A stretch of 64,000 bases of DNA from an uncultured Verrucomicrobiae bacterium (GCA_963707025.1 CAVPOM010000014.1:224001-288000), one strand, 5' to 3'; positions 54,744 to 63,915 are shown, numbered from the stretch's first letter. Numbers and translations are program-made. Notes: generated by a model from the sequence alone, not told the origin.

Positions 54744-55040
54744 GGGATATATGCGGATTTTCGCAAGGCCCTGATCATCGCCCGCTGGCGCACTGATGCG
54801 GACTTGATTGAGGATAATGAGCTTTCCGCGGAACCAGGGCGCGGTGCAGGCACCGGCGACGTTGCAGCCGGCGCCCGGTACAGTTTCCTGAACATAGGCG
54901 GTTCCTGGTTCCACATTGCCGCGCGGTTCTCCATGCAATGGTAAATGCAAAAAGTCATGGGTGACAATTTTCCGTTTTCCAGGGCATCCTGTTTTGTTTC
55001 CTCAGTTGCCGCCGAGGCGATTCTCCTGTAGAAATTTCCC

Positions 55041-55241
55041 ATGCTTAAGGCCGCCAGCTTTGAATCATTCGAGAAGGAACTGTCGCGTCTGACCGGCATG
55101 TTCGAACGCAGTCTGGCCGAGCTTACAAGTTCCGGCTACGTGGAAGCGCAACTGCGCGACGATTTTCTGAACCCTTTCTTCCGCTCGCTGGGCTGGGATT
55201 TGGAGAATAGCGCCGGACTGATTCAAACCAAGCGTGAAGTT
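55041..55241 (+). pseudogene. N-terminal 67 codons of the IS-interrupted Type IIG restriction-modification gene
   Basis: VEAQLRDDFLNPFFRSLGWD...KREV joins in frame to EIESRT at 58267. Confidence 0.85.
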
Positions 55242-55358
55242 GGTAGTGGGCTACTTTGAATTCTGGCCCCGTTGACAGCCGAACGGAAGCCGTTTTGGAT
55301 TTCCGAAAAAATCGGAAAAGCATTGCCATTTTTGGGTTGGATGATGCACGCTTTGGTT

Positions 55359-55643
55359 ATGGAAATATTCAAAGTTGCTCACCTTCAGGAGCAGGGTCAG
55401 GACATGGTGATTGTTATTGTAGGCCCGGCTTTCGCGTCCATGTCATCCGCAGACCAAGATGATGGTCGGGATGTTTTACAGGTTTGTGCCGAAAGTGCCG
55501 GTCTTGCGGGTCTTGTTGTTCCCGTGTGGCGGGAGGGAAACCGGGCTAGGTTTGTCGCGCCACTTAATTGGCATCCCTTTTTTCAATCGCTTACGTGGGA
55601 TGACATTATTCGCAATATAAATGGGGAGCTTCATTGCGGCTAA
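55359..55643 (+). CDS. Small hypothetical passenger protein
   Basis: FKVAHLQEQGQDMVIV...AGLAGLVVPVW...WHPFF; start may be 55341. Confidence 0.65.
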   Translation: MEIFKVAHLQEQGQDMVIVIVGPAFASMSSADQDDGRDVLQVCAESAGLAGLVVPVWREGNRARFVAPLNWHPFFQSLTWDDIIRNINGELHCG

Positions 55644-55831
55644 TGCCGCGGAATTGGGGGTTGCAATATCCCCCAAAACCTTGGCTTTTTCCGCCTCTGA
55701 CAGTTTGGGGATTTGCTGCTTTTTTTGTCTTTTCATAGTTTTGTTTTATGTTAAAATGGAGCCGTCTTAAAATTTAGCGTAGCGGTAAGGGTCGAGCGAA
55801 AACCTGACGACCCGGAACGGGAAAGGGCAAA

Positions 55832-56371
55832 ATGAAATGTTCCTGCATTCACTGCGAACAGCATTTGGAATTTTCCGAGGCTCAACTTGGCTTGGAAATT
55901 GAATGTCCGAATTGTGCCCAGAGAACCACCCTGTCGAGGCCACCGCGTCACGCGGGGGATCGTGGCAGTGTTGCCAGAGATCGGACTATAGAAGATGTAA
56001 TTTTCCGTCGGTCGGGACTTGCACCTCCTGCGCCCAGCCGGAGCGTGGAGGAGCAGAAGAGGGCGCCGCTCTGGTGGCTTGGGGGTGCTCCGCGTGATTC
56101 CCGCGAAGGCAGACTGTATCAGAGGATAGTGCTCTTGCTTGGGGGCGCGATGTTGATCGCCTACATGGTTTGGGGGATCGGACGTGACATCAAATATGGC
56201 CCGCTGCCGGATACGTCGTATGATCCCACCGCCATGAGGGTTAGGGAGTTGGAAGGCAATTTACGGCATGGAGACATCGAAGTGAACGGCATGAGGACCG
56301 AAACCGATGAGGAAATCCACCGTCAGGCCGTGGAGTGGCAAAAGGAGGAGGCTCATGGTGTTCACCCATGA
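55832..56371 (+). CDS. Zinc-ribbon plus single-TM passenger protein
   Basis: CIHC...CPNC and hydrophobic IVLLLGGAMLIAYMVW. Confidence 0.65.
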   Translation: MKCSCIHCEQHLEFSEAQLGLEIECPNCAQRTTLSRPPRHAGDRGSVARDRTIEDVIFRRSGLAPPAPSRSVEEQKRAPLWWLGGAPRDSREGRLYQRIVLLLGGAMLIAYMVWGIGRDIKYGPLPDTSYDPTAMRVRELEGNLRHGDIEVNGMRTETDEEIHRQAVEWQKEEAHGVHP

Positions 56372-57201
56372 TTCGTCATCAGCGCAACGATCTCCTCAAT
56401 GTCCCAAACATGGTCCGCGATCTTCGCCTCCATCGCTGGCGTCACCCTCAGAGTTTGGTGAATACGGCAAAAGTTGTAGTGCATAAAGTGGAGCGCAACT
56501 TGATGCTTGTGGTTTTCGATTTTCTTCGAAAACGCATTCGTGAGTCGGGTGAACCGGCGGGCATTCATGCGGACGGTCAAGTTCTGGCGTTCGATATGGC
56601 TGGTGGAAACAAGGTGGGTTTCCGGCTGGCCGCTGATGCACTTTTTGCGCGCCCCAATGCAGACAGGCGGCGAATACCGGGCTTCCGTGACCGGGCCGTG
56701 TTCGTTGCCGTATAGTTTTATGAGTTGAGCGTAATCAATCTCTGACCCAAAAGCCCCCTCAACGGCTTCCACGTAACATTTCAGCCCGTCTGAGGTCAAC
56801 TGGACACGGCTGGCCAGCCTTGGCGCGAGGTCGTTAATGAACTTGTAAGCGTCTGTGGCGTCCCGCTTTCCGACGTGGAAACAGGGGACTAATTTTGAGT
56901 CCGAAGCCAGCGCAATCCATGTCCATGTGTCGCCAATCCCCCCCACGCCTTTCAAATGTTCTGGCACGTTGGCTTGTTTGCACTTCGTAAACGTCCAGAC
57001 CTCATCAACCTGCAAAACCTTGCAGGGCAGGTTCACCATGACCTTATCCATGTAATCCGCGCAAGCCTCACCACCGTCAATCAGCATCCGTTCAACGGTT
57101 TTCTTGGCCGCGCCGGTGAGCCTGGACGTTGCCCGCATGGAGCAACCCTCAACGAGATGGTGGAGGATTTTCGCCCTCTTGTCTGTTGCGAGAATGTTCA
57201 T
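56362..57201 (-). CDS. IS1-family-like DDE transposase
   Basis: N-terminal HTH, LQVDEVW, LTSDG, TSHIERQNLTVR, RRFTRLTNAFSKK. Confidence 0.9.
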   Translation of the reverse strand: MNILATDKRAKILHHLVEGCSMRATSRLTGAAKKTVERMLIDGGEACADYMDKVMVNLPCKVLQVDEVWTFTKCKQANVPEHLKGVGGIGDTWTWIALASDSKLVPCFHVGKRDATDAYKFINDLAPRLASRVQLTSDGLKCYVEAVEGAFGSEIDYAQLIKLYGNEHGPVTEARYSPPVCIGARKKCISGQPETHLVSTSHIERQNLTVRMNARRFTRLTNAFSKKIENHKHQVALHFMHYNFCRIHQTLRVTPAMEAKIADHVWDIEEIVALMTNHG

Positions 57202-57277
57202 ATTTTATATTCGTTGACGGAGTGAGCGGGAAATCATTTGACCTCCGCCAAAACCTGTGGCACCTTCAAGGCGTAAA

Positions 57278-57347
57278 TGGTGGATATGGCGGGATTCAAA
57301 CCCGCGCCGACGAATTCTACTTGTCGCGGCCCTTCACAGGCATACCC
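57278..57347 (-). ncRNA. Putative 70-nt tRNA-like RNA with alanine-type acceptor stem
   Basis: GGGTATG/CATATCC-ACCA acceptor stem with G3-U70-like wobble; T-arm GCGGG-TTTGAAT-CCCGC; non-canonical D and anticodon regions. Confidence 0.6.
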
Positions 57348-57361
57348 CATCGCTTACGCCT

Positions 57362-57406
57362 ACGGCGGTCAGGTTCTCTGTCACGAGATTATCACCTGAC
57401 CGCCGT
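57362..57406. other. 13-bp perfect hairpin upstream of the tRNA-like RNA
   Basis: ACGGCGGTCAGGT (57362-57374) / ACCTGACCGCCGT (57394-57406). Confidence 0.75.
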
Positions 57407-57481
57407 TGCCCATTTATGTCGGCCCTCCACGCACGGCGTTTCTAGTTTGCGCAAGGGCTATCGGTTTAGCCTCACATGTTG

Positions 57482-57510
57482 AGTTTCGCATAGTTTGGAT
57501 TTTATGTCAA
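57482..57510 (-). promoter_or_regulatory. Putative sigma70 promoter for hairpin, tRNA-like RNA and transposase
   Basis: TTGACA-N17-GAAACT with extended TGn; flanked by ACATGT palindromes. Confidence 0.5.
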
Positions 57511-57542
57511 CCCAACATGTTAATAATCAAACACTTGCACAA

Positions 57543-57647
57543 TGCGTGACGCATATTGTTTTCTGCGTGATGCAAGTAACTTCCTGCGTGGTGCAGATTA
57601 TTTCCTGCGTGGTGCAGGTTTTCTGGTGCGTAGAGTAGATTTAACTT
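57543..57647. repeat. Five imperfect 21-bp tandem repeats
   Basis: TGCGT starts at 57543, 57564, 57585, 57606, 57627. Confidence 0.8.
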
Positions 57648-58041
57648 TTTTTGAAGATTTTTTTCGTGAGCGCCGTTTTTTCTCTCGATTTTCGCGGGCT
57701 TGCTCTGTCCAGCTTGCAGAAGCTAATTTCCGCATCCGAATCCGAATGTTCTCGCGCTTCCAATTGGGCAGGGACATTCCAATCCAGAGGCGTGTGTGAT
57801 ACGCGGTATTCTCGTTGAATAAAATTCTGGAATGCGCCTCATATGCGATCTCAATCCAATCCGACGAGGCATCACAAATTACGTCGGGTATTTTACCTTG
57901 GTAATCCCTTAAAAACATCCGATAGAACTTCGGGCGATCCTCTAGCCGCGTGGTTGGCATCGCATAAACAAGGAGGGCCTTAAAATCAATTGGCCAGACT
58001 GCTTTTTTGGGGCGGCCCACGCCATGATTCAACCCCATCAA
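57598..58041 (-). CDS. Hypothetical basic passenger protein, possibly DNA-binding
   Basis: GRPKK motif and Lys/Arg-rich C-terminus. Confidence 0.5.
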   Translation of the reverse strand: MMGLNHGVGRPKKAVWPIDFKALLVYAMPTTRLEDRPKFYRMFLRDYQGKIPDVICDASSDWIEIAYEAHSRILFNENTAYHTRLWIGMSLPNWKRENIRIRMRKLASASWTEQARENREKKRRSRKKSSKKVKSTLRTRKPAPRRK

Positions 58042-58064
58042 AGCCCGCGAGGAAAGCTCGAAAG

Positions 58065-58196
58065 TCAGCCCTTTTTCTTGGGCTTTTTGATTGGCGGGGC
58101 GATGATGGGCTTATTGCTGATGGCGATCACCTCCTGCATTACGGAGTACGCGACCTGGTTGGAGTCGCCTTTGCGCTTTTTGGCTGGTTTCATCAT
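58065..58196 (-). CDS. 43-aa basic protein beside the right IR (absent from the ORF track)
   Basis: Manual translation MMKPAKKRKGDSNQVAYSVMQEVIAISNKPIIAPPIKKPKKKG. Confidence 0.55.
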   Translation of the reverse strand: MMKPAKKRKGDSNQVAYSVMQEVIAISNKPIIAPPIKKPKKKG

Positions 58197-58266
58197 CCCG
58201 GCAGATTATCATGGAGGGGATGACGGATGGAAATCTTATTTCAAAGTAGCCCACTACCGTGAAGTT

Positions 58267-61059
58267 GAAATCGAGAGCCGCACGGAAATTGGCGGGCGGC
58301 AAAAGCGGGCCGATTATCTTTTCCGCACCGATGGTCATGACCGGTTTATTTGCGAAGCCAAGAAGCCTGCGGAGGAGTTGCACTCGGGCCAGGCTTTCCA
58401 AGCCAAACGCTATGCTTGGAACAAGAATCTGCCTCTGGCCATTCTGACCAATTTTGAGGAATTCAAAATTTACATCGTCGGCGGCAGGCCGTACATGGAG
58501 GAGCCGCTGGCCGGTCTTTGGAAAACATGGCGCTTTCGCGAACTCCCGCTGGTGGCGCAGGAGATTTGGAACCTGCTGGCCCGCGACAAAACCGCCGCCG
58601 GCAGCATTGACCAGTTGATTGAAACACTGCCAAAGACCCCTGTGGGCAAAGGCAAGGCCCGCCAGCAATGGCTCCTCAAACCCGACCCTTCCCGCGCGAT
58701 CGATGTGGAGTTTTTGAATTTTCTGGACCAAGCCAGGCGCGAACTTGGGTTCGACCTGATGCGCAATAACGACCGGGCGGACCTGCTCGAAGGCAACAAA
58801 CTCAACGAAGCGGTCCAGCACATCATGGACCGCATTCTCTTTCTCCGCATCTGCGAGGCCCGCGACATTGACACAGGAGTATTGCTGGAATCCATCGTCC
58901 AGACCTGGGAGAGGAATTACCACAAGGAAGATGCTGTTCGCGCCCACCAAAAGCCTTTGGAACCGCACGAGGAACCGCCGGCTGGTTTCGGTTATGCCGG
59001 CCTGCGCGCTGCCAAGGATTCGCTCTGGCGCGCCATCGTGCGCCATTTCCGCGCGCTGGATCGCCGCCCGCCTTCCCACGTTCCCTTCTTCAACGGCAAC
59101 CTTTTCAAGCCCCACTTTAGCGAGGAATTGGTGGTGGGTGACGGCTGGCTCGCCGGGTTCGTGGCGGATTTGAGCGACGAAGAATCGCCTTACCTTTTCA
59201 GCTACATCCCGGTCGAAATCCTCGGCACGATCTACGAGCGATTTCTTGGCAAGGTCGTCCGTCCGCAAGGACGCGGTGTGACCATCGAGGAAAAGCCCGA
59301 AGTCCGAAAGGCCGGCGGGGTTTACTACACGCCGCGCTACATCGTCGAATACATCGTGGCGCAGACGGTTGAGAAGCTTCTGCAGCACGCCAAACCGGAA
59401 GCCACACTGAAACTTCACTTCCTGGATCCCGCCTGCGGTTCGGGCAGCTTTCTTCTGCGCGTTTTCGAGGTGGTGTGCGAACACTGGCAGCAATGGCTCA
59501 CGTCCAAACCCGGCGACCGCAAAGGCAAATGGTGCTGGGTGGATGAACCAACCGGGGATGTCCACCTGACCATGGCGCTCAAGCGCCGGATTCTCGCCAG
59601 CAACGTCTTTGGGGTGGACCTGGACCCCGGCGCGGTGGAAGTGACGCAACTCTCCCTTTACCTGAAGATGCTGGAGCACGAGAACCGCAACACCCTCCAG
59701 CGCCAGCGCGAGCTACTGCCGGACGATGATGAGCCGCTTCTGCCGCCGCTGGAGAAGAACATCCAATGCGGCAACTCGCTCATTGCCTCCGATTTCTCGA
59801 TGATACCCGACGACCTCGTGCGCGTGCGCGCCTTCGACTGGAAGGTGGGGTTCAAAGACATCATGAAAGAGGGCGGCTTTGATGCAATCGTTGCGAATCC
59901 GCCTTACGGAAGGCTGCTCGACCAACCGGGTGAAGATTATGCCTCGGTTCATTTTCCCTGCTGTCAAGGTCTTCCCGATGTTTATCTGGCATTCATTGAG
60001 AGGGGTCTTGGCCTCCTCAGAATGAAGGGGCGAATGTCATTCATCGTGCCGTCGGCCTGGCTGGGCGGCCCAGCCTACCGTGCCTTGCGGGAGCGATTGC
60101 TGGAGGTTCAAGTTCAAGAGGTCATCGCGTTGCCTTTCGATGTTTTTGCGGACGCCTACATTGACACCGCCACTTTTGTCTTGAGCAAACAAGCGGCTGA
60201 TGCGAATGCAGCAGTCCGGTGCTTTGCCTTCGCCAAGAAAACAAAACTGGACTCCATTAAACTGACCGAGCGCCAATACAGTCTTGTCCCTCTGTCGGTG
60301 TGGAGAGATTCACCTGATCGGAAGTTCGTGCTGTCGGTTGGGCTGGCGAACTTGGTCTCGCGTTTATCCAGGGCATCCAAGACGCGCATTGCGGATTTTG
60401 TGGAAATGAAACGTGGAGTGTTGTTTGAGCGGAGCCTTCTGAAACCGACCAAATCGAACAAACAATCGCACCGCTACTTTGAAGGTGACGTTTATCGCTA
60501 CGACCTGAATTGGGTTGCTCCGAGTTGGGTGGAATATGGCCCGAAGATGCGGGAATGGCCCAAGCAGTTCAGATGGTTTGAAGGCGAGCGTTTATTGATG
60601 AGGCGTCTGGTGAACCGCCAGCAGCGCCTGATGACTGCTTCGGCTGAGGAAACCTTCATTACGAACAAAAACCTTTACTCCCTGCTCCTTCGCACAGAGG
60701 CGGGGCTGAAGGATGCCGGACTTGGTTTTATGCTCGGGGTATTGAATAGTCGTCTCATCTCGCGACTTTATTTGAGTCAGGTACAACAGGCAACGAAAGA
60801 CGATTTCCCGCAAGTCACCATTGCCGACGTTCTTGGTTTGCCGTGCCCTGGGCCGACAAGCAGTCTTCTGACGGAGATTTCGGAACTGGGCGGGAAGCTT
60901 TCGGCGTTGATGCCCAGGCTGCGGCAGGCGCGGAGCGATTCGGAGCGGCAGACGTTGCAGAACGCCGTCACCGCCGCCGACCAGCAAATAGACGCGCTGG
61001 TTTACAATCTCTACGGCCTGACCGAAAAGGAAATTCAACTCGTGGAAGGGAGCACATGA
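58267..61059 (+). pseudogene. Main body of Type IIG (Eco57I-like) fused restriction endonuclease / N6-adenine methyltransferase
   Basis: ADY...CEAKK nuclease motif, GVYYTP, LDPACGSGSFL, NPPY, C-terminal target-recognition region. Confidence 0.88.
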
Positions 61060-61075
61060 GAACTTCCCGTCGGTT

Positions 61076-61315
61076 TCCCATACGCGATTCGGTTTGTATC
61101 GGTGGCACATCCAGGACCCGGTCCGGTTTGAAAAGGATTTGAAAGTGACGATTCAGGCGCTGGGCTGGCAATCGGGGGGGCGATATTTGCCGTTGCAGAA
61201 TGACATCGCCTCGGTGGCGTTTTGGTATCAAACCGAGCCGCACAAGAAGTTTCCCAAACTGCCTGAACGGGACGAACTGGAACTGCATTGCAGCAGGACA
61301 AATGAAAGGATTTGA
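61076..61315 (+). pseudogene. 3' remnant of a DUF2961 (GH172-like) gene
   Basis: RFGLYRWHIQDPVRFEKDLKVTIQALGW...DIASVAFWYQ with no upstream part. Confidence 0.7.
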
Positions 61316-61369
61316 CAGGGAGGGAAAGGTGGTGTTAAATGAAAGATAACTATTATTACCAAGTAGCTT

Positions 61370-63073
61370 ATGATTAACCCATCGGTTGAGCCGAAATTGA
61401 GTCGAAATGAGGGATTGAAAGAGGGATGCCCGACGCTGTGCGGCACGATCAGCCAAACGCTGGCGGATGGGGCGCTGGAGCGGTTTTCGGAGGATGATTA
61501 TGAGTTTTTGAAGTTTCACGGGATTTATCAGCAGGATGACCGGGACAAGCGCAAGACGGGCAAGGCATACATGTACATGGTGCGGGGCCGGTTGCCCGGC
61601 GGGGCGGTGCTGCCCAAGGTGTATCTGGCGTTTGACCGGCTCTGCGGGGCCTACGGGAATAATACGCTGCGGATCACGACCCGGCAGGGATTTCAATTTC
61701 ATGGTGTGACCAAAGGCAACCTGGGGCGGATGATGAGGGGCATCAACGAGGCGATGGGCACGACGCTGGCGGCGTGCGGCGACGTGAACCGGAATGTGAT
61801 GGCGGCGCCGACGCCGGCGACCAGCCTGTTGGTGGATGAAGTGCAGCGGCAGGCGAAAACAGTTTCCGACGCGCTCCTGCCCAAGACGCGGGCTTATCAC
61901 CAGATTTGGGTGGAGGGGGTGCAATTGAAGCTGACGGAAGAGGACGCCAAGTTCGTGGACCCGCTTTATGGGAAAACGTATTTGCCGCGGAAATTCAAAG
62001 TGGCCTTCGCCATTCCCCCGCTCAATGACGTTGACGTGCTGACCAACGATTGCGGATTTGTTGCGATCATAGAAAATGGGCGGCTGGAGGGGTATAATCT
62101 GACGGCGGGCGGCGGCATGGGCATGAGCCACGGGAACAGCGCGACCTATGCGCGGCTGGGCGATGTGATCGGATTTGTGGGGCCGGATCAGGTGATCGCG
62201 ACGGCGCAGGCGGTGGTGACGATGCATCGGGATTTTGGAGACCGGAGCAATCGCAAACATGCCCGGCTCAAATATGTGATTGCCGAGCGCGGGGTGGCCT
62301 GGTTTCGCGAGGAAATGCAGCGGCGGCTCGGGTTTAAATTCAGGCCGGCGCGTCCGTTTGAATTTACGCGCCAAGGCGATCTGTATGGATGGCAGGAGCA
62401 ATTTGACGGGAGATATTTTCTGGGTCTGTTCGTGCAGAACGGGCGGATCAAGGACGAGGGGTCGTGGCGGATGAAAAGCGGGCTGCGGCGGGTGGTGGAG
62501 GAGTTCGAGCCGGAATTGCGGCTGACGCCGTGGCAGAACATATTGCTGGTCAACATCGAAGGGCAAAACCGCGCGGCCATCACCAAGATTCTGGCCGAGC
62601 ACGGGGTGGCGGTGGAAAAGCAGGGAACGGTCATTACGCGGGCTTCAATTGCCTGCCCGGCGCTGCCGACCTGCGGGCTGGCGCTGGCGGAATCCGAACG
62701 GGCCATGCCCGAGGTGCTGCAGCGGATCGAACAATTGCTGGCGGAGACGGGGTTGAGGGAGGAGGAAATCATCATCCGCATGACCGGCTGCCCGAATGGT
62801 TGCGCGCGGCCGTTGATGGCGGAACTGGCTTTCGTGGGCCGGGCGCCGGGAAAATACCAGGTTTACCTGGGTGGCAACGCGGCCAGCACGCGGCTGGGCC
62901 GGCTTTACAAGGAGAGCGTGAAAAACGAGGACATCGTCAACGAGTTGCGCCCCCTGTTCGAGCGTTTCGCCCAAGAACGGCTGGCCGGGGAACGGTTTGG
63001 AGATTTCTCCGAACGTGTGCTGCTCAAAGAGGCCGCCGCGGCACGGGAGCCTGGAGCGGCGGTAAAAGGGTGA
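61370..63073 (+). CDS. cysI: Assimilatory sulfite reductase hemoprotein subunit
   Basis: KFHGIYQQDDRD, TTRQ, ACGDVNRN, YLPRKFK, CPALPTC, TGCPNGC. Confidence 0.93.
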   Translation: MINPSVEPKLSRNEGLKEGCPTLCGTISQTLADGALERFSEDDYEFLKFHGIYQQDDRDKRKTGKAYMYMVRGRLPGGAVLPKVYLAFDRLCGAYGNNTLRITTRQGFQFHGVTKGNLGRMMRGINEAMGTTLAACGDVNRNVMAAPTPATSLLVDEVQRQAKTVSDALLPKTRAYHQIWVEGVQLKLTEEDAKFVDPLYGKTYLPRKFKVAFAIPPLNDVDVLTNDCGFVAIIENGRLEGYNLTAGGGMGMSHGNSATYARLGDVIGFVGPDQVIATAQAVVTMHRDFGDRSNRKHARLKYVIAERGVAWFREEMQRRLGFKFRPARPFEFTRQGDLYGWQEQFDGRYFLGLFVQNGRIKDEGSWRMKSGLRRVVEEFEPELRLTPWQNILLVNIEGQNRAAITKILAEHGVAVEKQGTVITRASIACPALPTCGLALAESERAMPEVLQRIEQLLAETGLREEEIIIRMTGCPNGCARPLMAELAFVGRAPGKYQVYLGGNAASTRLGRLYKESVKNEDIVNELRPLFERFAQERLAGERFGDFSERVLLKEAAAAREPGAAVKG

Positions 63074-63075
63074 GC

Positions 63076-63915
63076 ATGACTTCCTTGCCGCATTCCCAGG
63101 ACAGCCAGCTTGCCCCACCGTTGCCGGCGCGGGCCGCTGCGCCCGGGGACGGGCGCACTCCTGGGGAGAGCAGGCTGGCGCCGCCGTTGCCGGCGCGGGA
63201 GTTGGCCGAATTAAACCGGCAGTTTGCCGGGCGCCCTTCCCTGGATGTCCTGGCCTGGGCGTGGGCCCGATTCGGCAAGAGGGCGGCCATTGGGACCAGT
63301 TTCCAGGGAGCCGGGTTGGTGATGATGCATCTGGCCAAAGCCGCCGGGCTGAATTTTCCCGTATTTACCCTGGACACCGGCCTGCTCTTTGCCGAAACCC
63401 TGGCCTTGAAGGAGCGGCTGGAGGATTTTTACGGATTGAAAATCGAAGCCATCGAGCCGGACCTGACGGTGGAGCAGCAGGCGGATGTTCATGGGGCGGA
63501 ACTGTGGAAGCGGGATCCGGACCTTTGCTGCACGGCGCGCAAAGTTCTGCCCTTGCGGGGCAAATTGGAGGAGCTGGCCTGCTGGCTGACGGGGCTGCGG
63601 CGGCAACAATCGCAGGCGCGGGCGGAGGTGCAATTTGTGGAACTGTATCATTTGGATGAAGAAACCGGCCGGGAAATCGTCAAGCTAAATCCCATGGCCC
63701 AGTGGTCGCGGGATCAGATCTGGGCACATATTCAGAAGTACAAAATCCCTTACAACCCGCTGCACGATCAAGGCTACCGCTCGATCGGCTGCATGCCCTG
63801 CACGCGCAAGATCACCGAGGGCCAGGATGAGCGGTCCGGGCGCTGGACCGGCTTCAAGAAGGTCGAGTGCGGCATCCACACCTTCCTGCCCAAAAAAGTT
63901 GACTTTCAAATCTGA
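63076..63915 (+). CDS. cysH: (Phospho)adenylyl-sulfate reductase, probably the Fe-S APS reductase type
   Basis: LDTG, CC...K, TGLRR, SIGCMPCT, ECGIH. Confidence 0.92.
   Translation: MTSLPHSQDSQLAPPLPARAAAPGDGRTPGESRLAPPLPARELAELNRQFAGRPSLDVLAWAWARFGKRAAIGTSFQGAGLVMMHLAKAAGLNFPVFTLDTGLLFAETLALKERLEDFYGLKIEAIEPDLTVEQQADVHGAELWKRDPDLCCTARKVLPLRGKLEELACWLTGLRRQQSQARAEVQFVELYHLDEETGREIVKLNPMAQWSRDQIWAHIQKYKIPYNPLHDQGYRSIGCMPCTRKITEGQDERSGRWTGFKKVECGIHTFLPKKVDFQI

Larger units (their letters stand above)
55242..58258 (-). mobile_element. IS1-family-like element with passenger genes, 3,017 bp
   Basis: 19-bp perfect terminal IRs GGTAGTGGGCTACTTTGAA (55242-55260, 58240-58258); 8-bp duplication GTGAAGTT (55234-55241, 58259-58266); lower GC. 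Confidence 0.92.

Noticed and set aside
54740..55040. Small ORFs upstream of the R-M gene, and 55476-55736 / 55751-55951 inside the IS
   Set aside because: No recognisable motifs and partial overlap with better-supported features; insufficient evidence.
57278..57347. Canonical tRNA or full tmRNA gene
   Set aside because: No canonical D arm or 7-nt anticodon loop, T-loop is TTTGAAT, and there is no room for a tag reading frame; kept only as tRNA-like.
57543..57647. CRISPR array
   Set aside because: Contiguous 21-bp imperfect repeats without unique spacers; no cas genes in the window.
58024..58266. 1011-aa ORF taken as an intact R-M gene starting at 58024
   Set aside because: The first 81 codons are IS sequence, IR and target duplication; the native N-terminus is at 55041-55241.
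62464..63075. N-terminal extension of cysH in the 483-aa ORF
   Set aside because: Overlaps cysI in another frame; ATG at 63076 directly after the cysI stop is more plausible.
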